Positions 8,683 through 18,382 are shown, counted from the first letter of the stretch. The stretch: 37,587 nucleotides of DNA from Pseudobdellovibrionaceae bacterium (GCA_030591685.1 JAUVAX010000023.1:1-37587); one strand, 5' to 3'. Notes: generated from the sequence alone by a model not told the origin. Made by a program: numbers and translations.

Positions 8683-9186
8683 TTGAACGATTCTAATTAC
8701 ATTGAAAAAATTACTGACTCAGAAGTAATCGGTATTTGTGTAAAGTCCCCTGATGGAACAGTTCAGTCTCAGAATAAGACCTGTAAAGAAATTTGTGGCG
8801 ACCAAAAATCTAAAATTTGCACAGAGGGCTGCATGGCGCTTTATAAAAAAAACATAGAGGGCACAAGCTGTATTGGCACTCAAACCTTCAGGGCTCAAAA
8901 CACTGGCGACAGCCTCTACGACATTGTGATGTTAAACGATGGCGAGCAGTTAATAACTATACTTTGCTTGCTGAACGAAAAGCACAAAACTGACATTGAG
9001 TACTTTAAGCAGTTTGGGCTTACAGGTAGAGAGTTAGAGATTGTAGGGTTAGTCATACAGGGGAACACAAACAAAGAAGTATCAGAAAAACTTTTTATTT
9101 CAAAATCTACAATCAAGAGTCACCTCAACAGTATTTACCGAAAAATACCAGCACACGCTGTCACGGTGTTACGAAAAAAGCGTTAA
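8683..9186 (+). CDS. LuxR-family transcriptional regulator with Cys-rich PAS-like N-terminal domain
   Basis: C-terminal LTGRELEIVGLVIQGNTNKEVSEKLFISKSTIKSHLNSIYRK is a canonical LuxR HTH. Confidence 0.88.
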   Translation: MNDSNYIEKITDSEVIGICVKSPDGTVQSQNKTCKEICGDQKSKICTEGCMALYKKNIEGTSCIGTQTFRAQNTGDSLYDIVMLNDGEQLITILCLLNEKHKTDIEYFKQFGLTGRELEIVGLVIQGNTNKEVSEKLFISKSTIKSHLNSIYRKIPAHAVTVLRKKR

Positions 9187-9260
9187 AACTTTTTTGAGAG
9201 CGCACGGCCGTGTAGTTTTTTAATCACATTTGCGGTGTTCTTTTTTTACGAAAAGAAAAG

Positions 9261-9299
9261 TTTTAGTAGTGCCAACCTCTCGGCACTACTCACTAAAAA
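9261..9299. terminator. Hairpin between convergent LuxR and S8 protease genes
   Basis: agtagtgcc (9265-9273) / ggcactact (9282-9290), 8-nt loop. Confidence 0.5.
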
Positions 9300-9316
9300 T
9301 TAAGGGCCATAAAGCT

Positions 9317-10531
9317 TTATTGGTTTAATACGGTCGCCAGTGCATTTATTACCCCAGCCCCTTGGGCAGAGATAGAAACGCCAAGGTCATCAGCAACCAG
9401 TCCTTGGCTTGAACTGGCAATGCGTAGAGCTTCTACTCCGGCCACATGGGGTGCTGCCATTGAGGTGCCGCTAATGGTGTTATAGCCTCCGTTTTTCCAG
9501 GTGGAGTAAATAGAAACTCCAGGGGCCGCATAGTCTTGAGAGGTGAGTCCAAAATTAGACCAAGAGGCAAAGTTATCAGCACTGTCAGTCGCTGAAACAG
9601 CAATCACTGAAGAGTATCCAGCGGGGATATAATTTGCGATATTAGCCCCGCTGTTTCCGGCAGCAACAACAACAGAGAGGCCGGCTGTAACGGCGGCCTC
9701 TATGGCCGTTTTCATTGGAGAACTTGCATCGGGGTCACCAGAGGCGCCAAGGCTCATGTTTATCACTTGCGTGCCAGCGTTAATGCACTCATAAATACCA
9801 TCAGTCACGTCAGATAAGTATCCGGACCCTCTGCGATCAAGAACTTTAACAGCATACAGGCCGGCCTCTGGGGCCACCCCACCGGTACCAATAGAGTTAT
9901 CTAAAGCCGCAATGGTGCCGCCCACATGTGAACCATGCCCATTGTCATCGTTCCATTTAGATGGGGTAACAGCCCCCTTCATCCTAACGTAGTTGCGGCC
10001 GCCAACGATGTTAGCCGCTAAATCGGGGTGATCATCATTTACACCAGTATCAACGACACAAACGGTAACTCCCAGGCCACGGTTTATGCTATTTGCAGCG
10101 GTGGCTTGAATGTGCGAAATCCCCCAAGGGGTTTGTTGAGGAGGTGGTGAGGTGTCTCCGCCGCCACCGCCGTTGCCGGGCTTGTCTGGTTTTTTTGTTG
10201 GTTGAACTAAGCTTAAAACGGTGTCTTCAAACACAGAAATTTCTTGGAATTTATGCTGAAGTCCCTTGAGGGCTTGGCTGGGGACATTGGCCACAAGTCC
10301 ATTTATAAAATCCATTTCTCGAATTACGTGTCCGCCACTTCGAGCAATTTCTTGGGCCACAGGGCCAAAATCTCCATTAAGGATGATAAGGCGAGAGTTC
10401 ATAGCGTTTGCCGTGGCTGGTTTGCTATTTAAGAGGGACTCGGCTTCAGAAAGGCTTTTTTGTTGATCCTTAGTGCAGCCTACGCTGAAGGCTAAAGCGG
10501 CTAGTAGTGATAATGTAGTGACGGCTTTCAT
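9317..10531 (-). CDS. S8 subtilisin-family serine protease, lipoprotein
   Basis: Catalytic motifs VVDTG, HGSHVGG, AAGN and GTSMAAPHV; lipobox SVGC; propeptide and Gly/Pro linker. Confidence 0.95.
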   Translation of the reverse strand: MKAVTTLSLLAALAFSVGCTKDQQKSLSEAESLLNSKPATANAMNSRLIILNGDFGPVAQEIARSGGHVIREMDFINGLVANVPSQALKGLQHKFQEISVFEDTVLSLVQPTKKPDKPGNGGGGGDTSPPPQQTPWGISHIQATAANSINRGLGVTVCVVDTGVNDDHPDLAANIVGGRNYVRMKGAVTPSKWNDDNGHGSHVGGTIAALDNSIGTGGVAPEAGLYAVKVLDRRGSGYLSDVTDGIYECINAGTQVINMSLGASGDPDASSPMKTAIEAAVTAGLSVVVAAGNSGANIANYIPAGYSSVIAVSATDSADNFASWSNFGLTSQDYAAPGVSIYSTWKNGGYNTISGTSMAAPHVAGVEALRIASSSQGLVADDLGVSISAQGAGVINALATVLNQ

Positions 10532-10584
10532 ATTAAGACTTCTCCTTATGATGATTATGGTAAAAAACAGATACCATCTTACTC

Positions 10585-10601
10585 AGCAAGGGGTATGCCA
10601 G
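10585..10601 (-). promoter_or_regulatory. sigma54 (-24/-12) promoter of S8 protease
   Basis: Minus strand CTGGCATACCCCTTGCT, GG-N10-GC, about 55 nt upstream of the ATG. Confidence 0.75.
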
Positions 10602-10980
10602 GGCACCCCCGGGGAGCCCATTGATTATACAAACAAACCTTTAAGTATTTAACGAGCGTTTATTCGTCGAGCGTAAATGAGCATGACAGGTGTCAAAAAA
10701 ATTTACATGCGCGACCGGTTGTGGGGGCTCTTTTTGGGGTGTTTTAGTCTAAAGCCTTTAGCGGGAGAGGGCCGCTTTAGGCTCTAAATTTAAACGACTC
10801 TTCAAGGGCTTTATATAAAAGGGGTTTTAAAAAGCGGGCCCTGATGTGCAAAGGTATAAGGGGCCAACGGGTTTTTTTGTAGGGGTTTCAAATTTCAATT
10901 CTAAGGTTGTGTTTTAGATCAGTTAGGAGCATATAGGTTTCGTAAAACAGGTTAATAAACTAAAGGGTTTACCCGAATAT

Positions 10981-12414
10981 TTGAGATATAAAATGAATAC
11001 AAAAAATCAAGAAACCGAATCATTAACAGAACATGTACAGAACATATCGACCTTTGTGAGGGCTGCTGTTCGGTTGGGCTGTCGGTATTTGGCCGTTGGG
11101 GGCCCGACCTCTCGGCTCGAGGTTCAAATACAAAAGGCGGGCCGAGAGCTGGATTATATTACCGAGGTTTTCACGACTCCTACGGGGGTGTTTGTCTCGG
11201 CCGTTTCGCCAAAAAGCAAAAAAGTAGTGACTTTTGTGGGGCGAGTAAAAGAGGTTTCTTTTAATTTAAATAAGTTGGACGTTATGGAGAGCTTGATACA
11301 GAAGCTCGGAGCGGGCGAAACCACACCCGAAGAGGTTTTAAAATTTATAAAAGACCAAGACCTTAGAACAAAAGGAACAGTTGTTTATATAAAATTTGTG
11401 GGGGCCTTTGTTGTGGGGGCTTTATTTGCGCTTATAAGTTACGGCTCTATTGCCGTTGCGGGGCTGGCCGGCGTGATCACGTTATTTTTACATTTACTCT
11501 CAGGGCCCATCACGATTAAATATAAATTAAACCCGATATTTTCGACCTTTTTAGCCAGCTTTATTGGGTTTGGTGTTGCCGCTCTCTGCTCCCATGCTTT
11601 TAAAGTCCCCATGGAGGCCGTCGCTTTAGGTGGATTAGTTATTTTAGCCCCTGGTTTGGCTATCACCACGGCGATCAGTGAAATTGCAGAGCAAAATTTT
11701 GTTTCAGGCATTGTAAAGCTTGTAAATAGCGCCATTAACTTATGTGGAATGCTTGTGGCCTATTTAATAATACTCGATATCGTTAAATATTTAAATTTAG
11801 AGATACTACCTAGTGACATGGTTCGGTCTGTTGGGTACCAGGGGGCATATTTCTTGCGCCCACTTCTGCATGGCGGGATTCTTTTAGGGGTGTGTATGGT
11901 TTTACAAGTGCCGAAAAGAGCCGTTTTAGGGGTCATGATTACGGGGTTTATTAGCTGGGTAGTGGTACATCAATTCAATGACCCCGGCATGTATGTTACG
12001 GCGACTTTTTTAGCCACTCTGTGTGTAGGGGTTGTGAGTATGATTTTTGGTTCTTACTTTAAACTGCCGTCACAGATATTCTCTGTGCCGGGTATATTAA
12101 CCCTGGTCCCAGGGGTGATGGCAATGACGTCCTTTCAATCTTTAGCGGCTTTGCGCTCAGAGGGTTTAGAGGTGGGGATGAAGGTGATATTAATATCATC
12201 AAGTATAGTTTTTGGACTTTTTATGGCACGGCTACCGTTTACTCTCGGTAGTGACGAGGAATTTGGGCTAGAGCCCATCCCCGATCCGAGCGCCTTTTCA
12301 AAGCTACACCCCCATGGTGTTACAGACAAAGAGCTTTCTGAGGAGTTGTTTGAAAAAACACCTGAGGACACCGTTAGCTCAGGTCCCGCGTATACAATCA
12401 GTGTCATAAATTAA
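10981..12414 (+). CDS. ThrE-family threonine/serine exporter (both halves fused)
   Basis: Soluble N-terminus (GGPTSRLE..TPTGVF), LAPGLAITTAISE, VPGILTLVPG, about 10 TM helices; start may be ATG 10993. Confidence 0.85.
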   Translation: MRYKMNTKNQETESLTEHVQNISTFVRAAVRLGCRYLAVGGPTSRLEVQIQKAGRELDYITEVFTTPTGVFVSAVSPKSKKVVTFVGRVKEVSFNLNKLDVMESLIQKLGAGETTPEEVLKFIKDQDLRTKGTVVYIKFVGAFVVGALFALISYGSIAVAGLAGVITLFLHLLSGPITIKYKLNPIFSTFLASFIGFGVAALCSHAFKVPMEAVALGGLVILAPGLAITTAISEIAEQNFVSGIVKLVNSAINLCGMLVAYLIILDIVKYLNLEILPSDMVRSVGYQGAYFLRPLLHGGILLGVCMVLQVPKRAVLGVMITGFISWVVVHQFNDPGMYVTATFLATLCVGVVSMIFGSYFKLPSQIFSVPGILTLVPGVMAMTSFQSLAALRSEGLEVGMKVILISSSIVFGLFMARLPFTLGSDEEFGLEPIPDPSAFSKLHPHGVTDKELSEELFEKTPEDTVSSGPAYTISVIN

Positions 12415-12645
12415 ATTTTTTTGAGCATGAAGAGGGGCTTATAAAAGTTTGCGATGACTGTGTCCTTACAGAGGCGCTAATGAGGTTTACTTTTTAAGAT
12501 CTACTGGGTATTGAGGAAAAGAGTAAACGGGCAGGGCGAGAGGTTTTGAGCTTCAAAAAGCTTCAAAGATATAATATATTAACAACAGCAGCAAAGAGAG
12601 CCAGAGAGGCTTAAAGAATCAAGGTTTTTACTAGAGGAGTGTTGC

Positions 12646-12990
12646 GTGAGTGAGTTGCCAAATTGCCCCCAGTGTTTATCAGAGTACACCTATGAAGAGA
12701 GAGAAAGGTACCAATGCCCCGAGTGCGGACACGAGTGGTTTGCTCCGTCGGAGTCTGAAGCTGACCAGCCAGAGTCCACGGTTAGCGATGCTTACGGCAG
12801 CCCTCTTCAAGATGGGGACACGGTGACCGTAATTAAGGACCTTAAAATTAAGGGGTCCTCCTTGGTAGTCAAAGTGGGCACAAAGGTCAAAGGCATTCGC
12901 CTTGTTGATGGGGATCACGATATTGATTGTAATATAAAGGGCATAGGGGCTATGCAGTTAAAGTCCCAATTTGTTAAAAAGGTAAAATAG
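12646..12990 (+). CDS. phnA: PhnA/YjdM zinc-ribbon protein
   Basis: [13 protein letters not shown]...[25 protein letters not shown]...DHDIDC...[16 protein letters not shown]. Confidence 0.93.
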   Translation: MSELPNCPQCLSEYTYEERERYQCPECGHEWFAPSESEADQPESTVSDAYGSPLQDGDTVTVIKDLKIKGSSLVVKVGTKVKGIRLVDGDHDIDCNIKGIGAMQLKSQFVKKVK

Positions 12991-13008
12991 TTTTTTAAAA
13001 GCCGACGA

Positions 13009-13941
13009 CTAAAGCTCGGGTTCTTGAGAAACACTGGCGGCAACAACAACAACGTTGTCTAAAAGGACACCATCCTCCATTTTTTTGTTTTTATCGTTTG
13101 AGAAATACCCTTCGTCTAATGAAACAGAGAGTCTAAATGAAAAGCTCCCTCCGTCTTCTTTTAGGTGAGGGTAATCATTGAGATTAATTAAAAAGGAAGC
13201 AAATTTCCAGTCAGTGATCGCGTAATTATCGATATTATCATACCTTCGATTAAGGCCAAATCCTTGTTCAAAGCCGGTGAAGACTCCATCGAGGATTTCA
13301 CCAAGCCAGTGCCGCTCCCAGGAATCTCTGTTCGAAACACTATTACACATATCGTTGGTATCATTGCAAACATCAAGACGAATAGTCTCGGGGACTTTTT
13401 CATTTGAAAAGTTGGAGAGTGATATTGAATCCTCAAGGCCTATTGGTAAATAATAAAACTGAACAACAACCCAACTATAGATATTTACATCAATGGGTAA
13501 GGTGGTTGAGGTTAAGTAAATTTCGTGGGTACTTCCGCCGGCTCGACCACTAAAAACCAATGCCCTTTGCTCTTCGTCGTTCGGGGGGCCTGCCATGGAG
13601 CGCATGGGGCCCATTTCGTCTCTTGAGCGAATGATTGTATCTAAATCACTCCCCGTGCCGGAACTGTCGTTAAATAGTTTTGACCATTGAAAGTTATCAT
13701 CATCACTAATGTTATCCCTTTCGAAATCATCCTTAAAAACCAGACAAAGACCTGTTGTGGGCCCAACTATAAAGTCGCTACAGGAAGGCAGAGCATCAGG
13801 GTTTATTGGCTCTATAGCAAGGTCTTCAACCGAGAGGTTTGAAACGCTGGCGGGGCTAAAATCAACATCTGTGCACGCCGTAAGGCCGCCAATTAAAACA
13901 AAACAACTAAATGCCTGAGATACTTTAACTCTTAGATTCAT
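13009..13941 (-). CDS. Hypothetical acidic lipoprotein
   Basis: Start reassigned to ATG 13941 (MNLRVKVSQAFSCFVLIGGLTAC, lipobox LTAC, G-rich SD); F.DDFE near start and LLDNVVV at end suggest a beta-sandwich domain. Confidence 0.7.
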   Translation of the reverse strand: MNLRVKVSQAFSCFVLIGGLTACTDVDFSPASVSNLSVEDLAIEPINPDALPSCSDFIVGPTTGLCLVFKDDFERDNISDDDNFQWSKLFNDSSGTGSDLDTIIRSRDEMGPMRSMAGPPNDEEQRALVFSGRAGGSTHEIYLTSTTLPIDVNIYSWVVVQFYYLPIGLEDSISLSNFSNEKVPETIRLDVCNDTNDMCNSVSNRDSWERHWLGEILDGVFTGFEQGFGLNRRYDNIDNYAITDWKFASFLINLNDYPHLKEDGGSFSFRLSVSLDEGYFSNDKNKKMEDGVLLDNVVVVAASVSQEPEL

Positions 13942-13974
13942 TATAACCCCCCGCCTGTATATACGTAGTAAAAT

Positions 13975-13990
13975 TGCAATATTGAGACCA
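13975..13990 (-). promoter_or_regulatory. Probable sigma54 promoter of the 13009-13941 lipoprotein
   Basis: Minus strand TGGTCTCAATATTGCA (GG-N10-GC), just upstream of the SD. Confidence 0.55.
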
Positions 13991-14304
13991 CGTGTAAGGG
14001 CACTACTGTGGAGATGAGTGTCAACAGACCACTTTGTTGTCAAAATTGTAGGCAAATTTTCAGGTTTAAAGTTTCTTTTTGCGTGGTTTAAGACATGTAG
14101 TTTTTTAGCCAAAGGGCACACAGAAATAGCCTGAGTTGGTCTCAAAAGGAGAGAAGTATGCAGGGTAGAATTATTAAAGTATTTCGCCCATAAGTTTTAG
14201 GTTAATGAGCAAGTTTTTGAACGCTCAAGCGACCCTTGAAAAAGGAGTGCCTCACATCGAGACTGTTTTTTAAAGAAGTTTAACAAAGCTTTAACTGTTA
14301 AACC

Positions 14305-14332
14305 TAAACTTTGGTCTAGCATGTGCCGATGT
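14305..14332 (+). promoter_or_regulatory. Possible sigma28 (FliA) promoter of the pilin-like gene
   Basis: TAAA-N16-GCCGATGT versus consensus TAAA-N15-GCCGATAA; about 40 nt upstream of the ATG. Confidence 0.45.
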
Positions 14333-14373
14333 GTATTCTGCTGTACTTACTTTAGCTTCCTTAAGGGGGGCAT

Positions 14374-15081
14374 ATGAACTGTAAACGTTCGTCTAATATA
14401 TTAGATGACAGCTCGGGATTTAGTTTGGTTTCTACCCTAGTAGCAACTGCTATCTTGAGCATTTTGTCCGTATCGTTGATGACTTTAATGTCTCAGCAGG
14501 GTCGGTCTATGAATTACTTAGAAGACAGAATGTCTAGAATAAGTTTTACTAAAAATTTGAGCATGTACCTGTTAGAAAAGGCGGCCTGTGAGCAGAGCCT
14601 TAATGGGGTGGAGGTAGGAGCAGACCCTTCTGTGGTTGAAATAAAAAAAGCTGATGGAACAGTACTATACTCTTCTAGCCCCACGTCATCTAAAAATAAA
14701 TATGATCACCTGGAGATTAAGAAAATAACAATGAAAAACATGACGGTTGGCACCGGCCCGTCCTCAGGAATGGTTGAGGTGAATGTTGTGGTTAAAAGTA
14801 AAAGGAGTACCCTGGGGCTAAGTGGAGAGCTTACTCTTCAGGCCACAACAAGGGTTTTGACCGACGGGTCTTCAAATATAATTGGGTGTGGGTCCGGAGG
14901 AACGGGAACTGTGACACAATATAATAATGGCAGTAATTTGGGCGCGCACGACTTTTGCTCTATGTCACATGTTGGTAATGCAGAAGACAGTCATTTTTGT
15001 CGTATAACAAAACTGAGCGACGGGACCTGGAAAAGGATAAGCCATGGGACCGGCTGTTGGATCTCCTGCATTGATTTTTAA
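14374..15081 (+). CDS. Type IV pilin-like (class III signal) protein with Cys-rich C-terminal adhesin-like domain
   Basis: SSG|FSLVSTLVATAILSILSVSLM prepilin cleavage site plus hydrophobic helix (no Glu5); C-terminal LGAHDFC...GNAEDSHFC...W...TGCWISC. Confidence 0.85.
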   Translation: MNCKRSSNILDDSSGFSLVSTLVATAILSILSVSLMTLMSQQGRSMNYLEDRMSRISFTKNLSMYLLEKAACEQSLNGVEVGADPSVVEIKKADGTVLYSSSPTSSKNKYDHLEIKKITMKNMTVGTGPSSGMVEVNVVVKSKRSTLGLSGELTLQATTRVLTDGSSNIIGCGSGGTGTVTQYNNGSNLGAHDFCSMSHVGNAEDSHFCRITKLSDGTWKRISHGTGCWISCIDF

Positions 15082-15326
15082 GGACATATGTTGATATTTT
15101 AAACCTACTATTAACGATATATAATAAAATTTAAATTGTTATTTATTTCACGCTTTACTTGCCTTTCAATGGACCCGAGCAGGCGAGAGGTCCTCGTTAA
15201 GGCTAAAAATAATTTTAAAGCGCTCTGTTTTATGTGTTGTCTAAAAAAAAGCGATCCCTCAAAACTTATTATGGATACAAAAGAGATGTTCTTTTATATA
15301 AAAGCACTAAGTTTTAAAGGGCTTAC

Positions 15327-16313
15327 TTAATTAGAGGTCCCTCGCTTAAGAACATGCCAAAATTTTGATTTCGATGAGAGTAAAAACTTAGTGCTCTTTG
15401 GGAGCTTGTTTTCGTAGGCCTCAAGAGTCCTCGTAAAACGGTAAAAACTAGGGTCTTGCCTCATAGCCTTGGCATATATATTTATAGCTAGGGCGTCGGC
15501 ATTACCCTTGATGGTTTGAACTTTACGGTAGGCCTTTGACTGTATCATGCGGAGGTCTTTTTGTGTTTTACCTTCAATTTTAGCTTTTTCACCTTTACCG
15601 TAGGAGCGAATGCGCTCGGCAATTCGCTCTCTCTCAGAGATCATTCGCCCGTAAACCTTTTTTTGAACACTGTTCTCGTAAGAGATCCTGCGGAGCTGAA
15701 CATCAATTAATTTTATTCCTAAAAGGAGTAGTTCTGCGCGAGCCTTCTCTACGATGAGTTGGCTGAGCTTTTCACGGCCAATTTTGATCCTCTCAATCTC
15801 TCCGGTGATTTCTTCTCGGTCAAAGTTTTGAGATTCTTCATGGGCTTTTTTAGCCGCCTCTTTGCGTGACTTAACGATGTCTAAAATATTATTACTATTA
15901 CGTACCGTCTCAACAAGGTTGTGGTTTGAGATAACGTCGCGAGTAATGCCGTCTAAAATAGCATCAAGCCTTGTTCGGGCCCCTCTTTCGTTTTGTACGG
16001 TTTGTATGAACTTTAAAGGGTCTACTATTTTCCAGCGGGCGGTGGTATCGACTTCGATGTATTTTTTATCTTTTGTAGGTATTTGGTTAGGTAGCCCGTC
16101 CCAGCTTAAAATCCTAAGGTCAATGCGTCGAACCTCTTGCACAAAAGGGGTTTTAAAATGTAAGCCGGCCGAGTTAACACTTTTAACAGGTTTACCAAAC
16201 TGAGTGATGACGACCTGTCGACCTTCAGGGACAACATAGCTGGCCGAAAAAAGTGAAATTAGCACTGCCGCAGAAACTAAAATAACAATCACATTTAAAT
16301 TATTAAACTTCAT
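15327..16313 (-). CDS. hflC: FtsH modulator HflC (SPFH domain)
   Basis: N-terminal TM, QFGKP..GLHFKTPFVQ, RMISERERIAERIRSYG, DPSFYRFTRTLEAY; coupled to hflK. Confidence 0.95.
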   Translation of the reverse strand: MKFNNLNVIVILVSAAVLISLFSASYVVPEGRQVVITQFGKPVKSVNSAGLHFKTPFVQEVRRIDLRILSWDGLPNQIPTKDKKYIEVDTTARWKIVDPLKFIQTVQNERGARTRLDAILDGITRDVISNHNLVETVRNSNNILDIVKSRKEAAKKAHEESQNFDREEITGEIERIKIGREKLSQLIVEKARAELLLLGIKLIDVQLRRISYENSVQKKVYGRMISERERIAERIRSYGKGEKAKIEGKTQKDLRMIQSKAYRKVQTIKGNADALAINIYAKAMRQDPSFYRFTRTLEAYENKLPKSTKFLLSSKSKFWHVLKRGTSN

Positions 16314-17314
16314 TCTTTAAGTCCTTTTGTTTGAGTGCCACCAAAAATGGGGAGAAGGCCTTTTATCTCAGGGTCCACAACGGTAATAGAGTCAAGACGG
16401 GTTAAGATTTTCTCCATAGACTCAATGTACATACGATCTCTAGTGATTTGTGGGGCTTTACGGTAAGACTTTAAAATAGACTTAAACCGGTCAGCGTCAC
16501 CCTTGGCGCGGTTGATTATTGCGGAGGCGTAACCCTCGGCCTCAGAAATTTCTTTTTCAGCCTTTCCCCGAGCCTCAGGGATGATTTTATTGTAATGCCT
16601 CTCGGCCCCGTTGATCACTTGCTCTTGCTCTTGTTTGGCCTCGTTAACTTCGTTAAAAGAGGGTTTAACAGAGTCAGGGGGGTTAACATCTTGGAGTTTG
16701 ATAGAAACAATCCTCACCCCCATGTCGTACTCGTTTAAAACCCCTTGAGTTAGCTGGGCGGCTTCGGCGGCAATTTCGCTCCGGCCAATGGTGAGCACAT
16801 CGTTAACAAGTCGGTCGCCAACAACACGCCTCATGATGGCCTCTGAAATATCACGAATGTTTTGAAGGGGGTTTCTGGTGCTAAATAGAAACTTTTGAGG
16901 TTCAGAGATTTGAAACTGTGTAATCCACTCAACATTGGCGACGTTTAAATCCCCAGTAAGCATCAGTGACTCAGTATCAAACCCTCGGTCACGATAAGAG
17001 GTGCGTTTGCCACGAACGCTGTCGGTCCTAAAGCCAAACTCTTCTTGCAAAATGAGTTTAGTTTTAACTTTAATGGCTCGGTCAATGCCGAGGGGCAATT
17101 TAAAGTGAAGCCCCGGAGAGGCGATGGTTTGAAATTTGCCGAACCTTATGACCACAGCCTCTTCGTCAGGTTGGACGGTGTAGTAAGAGGAGTACGCCAT
17201 CATGATAAGTAAAATAACACCAATCACGCTAAGTATTTTTTTAGGCTCTGAAAATAAGCTGTCAATAATTCGTTGAAGCTCTTCAGAGGGGTCTGGTTGT
17301 CTGTTGTATGCCAT
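16310..17314 (-). CDS. hflK: FtsH modulator HflK (SPFH domain)
   Basis: PGLHFKLPLGID, MLTGDLN, LQDVNPP..V..SFNEV, ARGKA..AEGY, YRKAPQITRDRMYIE. Confidence 0.95.
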   Translation of the reverse strand: MAYNRQPDPSEELQRIIDSLFSEPKKILSVIGVILLIMMAYSSYYTVQPDEEAVVIRFGKFQTIASPGLHFKLPLGIDRAIKVKTKLILQEEFGFRTDSVRGKRTSYRDRGFDTESLMLTGDLNVANVEWITQFQISEPQKFLFSTRNPLQNIRDISEAIMRRVVGDRLVNDVLTIGRSEIAAEAAQLTQGVLNEYDMGVRIVSIKLQDVNPPDSVKPSFNEVNEAKQEQEQVINGAERHYNKIIPEARGKAEKEISEAEGYASAIINRAKGDADRFKSILKSYRKAPQITRDRMYIESMEKILTRLDSITVVDPEIKGLLPIFGGTQTKGLKE

Positions 17315-17420
17315 AGAAAGCCCTTTTTTAATGGAGTAGTGACCCTATTTCTAACAGGCATAAAGGGCAACGGTTTTGGATCATTGACTTACTGAGCAAA
17401 GCCCTTTATTTAAACTAATT

Positions 17421-17756
17421 ATGGCATTTATACTACGAGCTCTAATTATAGGGTACTTGGCTTTTTTGGCAGTACGGTTGTTAAAGGTCCTTATTGCTAA
17501 GATTTCATTAATTCAGCCAGAAGGCCCTTCTGGTGACAGTCGAGGGGCGTCGTCGGGATCTCGTCATAGCGGACTTGATCCGTATCAAGTCTTATCTTTA
17601 AGTCGTCAAGCGAGCCCAGACGAAGTCAAAAAAGCCTACCGACATCTTTTAGCTAAGTATCACCCCGATAAAGTGAGCCACCTGGGTCAAGAGCTTCAAG
17701 AGTTGGCCCATAAAAAAACTCAAGACATTTCATGGGCCTATCGTCAGTTGAGTTAG
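17421..17756 (+). CDS. Small membrane-anchored J-domain (DjlA-like) co-chaperone
   Basis: N-terminal TM; DPYQVL...[16 protein letters not shown] with intact HPD. Confidence 0.9.
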   Translation: MAFILRALIIGYLAFLAVRLLKVLIAKISLIQPEGPSGDSRGASSGSRHSGLDPYQVLSLSRQASPDEVKKAYRHLLAKYHPDKVSHLGQELQELAHKKTQDISWAYRQLS

Positions 17757-17936
17757 TTTTAAAAAACTTAATGGTGATAATTATGGGCATGGCCTTCACC
17801 TTGCGCCCCCGGTTAAGTATGGGGTTATCAGTTGGCGTTCAGCCTTTAGCGGTCTCAGTGTAGAATTCACCGAACGCTTGCCCGTAAAGGTGTGTGTTGC
17901 TAGGCTTATTTTTGGGCGCATTATAACGTTGAATGA

Positions 17937-18302
17937 ATGAGTTCAAAAGAGAGTCAATGTCAGGGGGGTTTTGTGGGTACAATAACGGGCTATCATGCCC
18001 ATGTTTATTTTGACGAAAAAACTATTGAGAAAGCCAGAGCCCTTTGTGAGCTTGTCACCTCTAAGTTTGACCTTGATATGGGTCGCGTTCATGAAAAAAA
18101 CGTAGGCCCTCACCCCATGTGGAGCTGCCAGTTAGCTTTTGATAAAAATAAATTTGGCCGAGTCATCCCCTGGCTGGCCATGAACAGAGACGGGCTCGTA
18201 GTTTTCACTCACCCTATTTCGGGTGATGAGCTTTCAGACCACGTAGAGCATGCTTTGTGGATGGGCGCTATTTTAGAGCTCAACGTAAACATTTTTAAGT
18301 AA
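17937..18302 (+). CDS. DOPA 4,5-dioxygenase family protein
   Basis: YHAHVYF, VGPHP.WSCQ, WLAMNRDGL.VFTHP, DH..HALWMG; real start may be GTG 17973 after AGGGGG. Confidence 0.9.
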   Translation: MSSKESQCQGGFVGTITGYHAHVYFDEKTIEKARALCELVTSKFDLDMGRVHEKNVGPHPMWSCQLAFDKNKFGRVIPWLAMNRDGLVVFTHPISGDELSDHVEHALWMGAILELNVNIFK

Positions 18303-18382
18303 AAATAGTATTATTTAAAATTTAACTTAGAGTAACCCTTAAATAAGGGCTTATGTTTTTAAAGCATCAGAGAGGGCTTTTT

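Noticed and set aside
12480..12614. Short frame interrupted by one TAA (possible pseudogene)
   Set aside because: No recognisable protein similarity; compatible with chance.
13942..14145. 68-aa N-terminal extension of the 378-aa ORF
   Set aside because: Lipoprotein signal, SD and sigma54-like promoter all point to ATG 13941.
14886..14897. GTGTGGGTCCGG as an active shufflon sfx site
   Set aside because: Only partial similarity to the recalled sfx core; no inverted copies, spare cassettes or recombinase noticed nearby.
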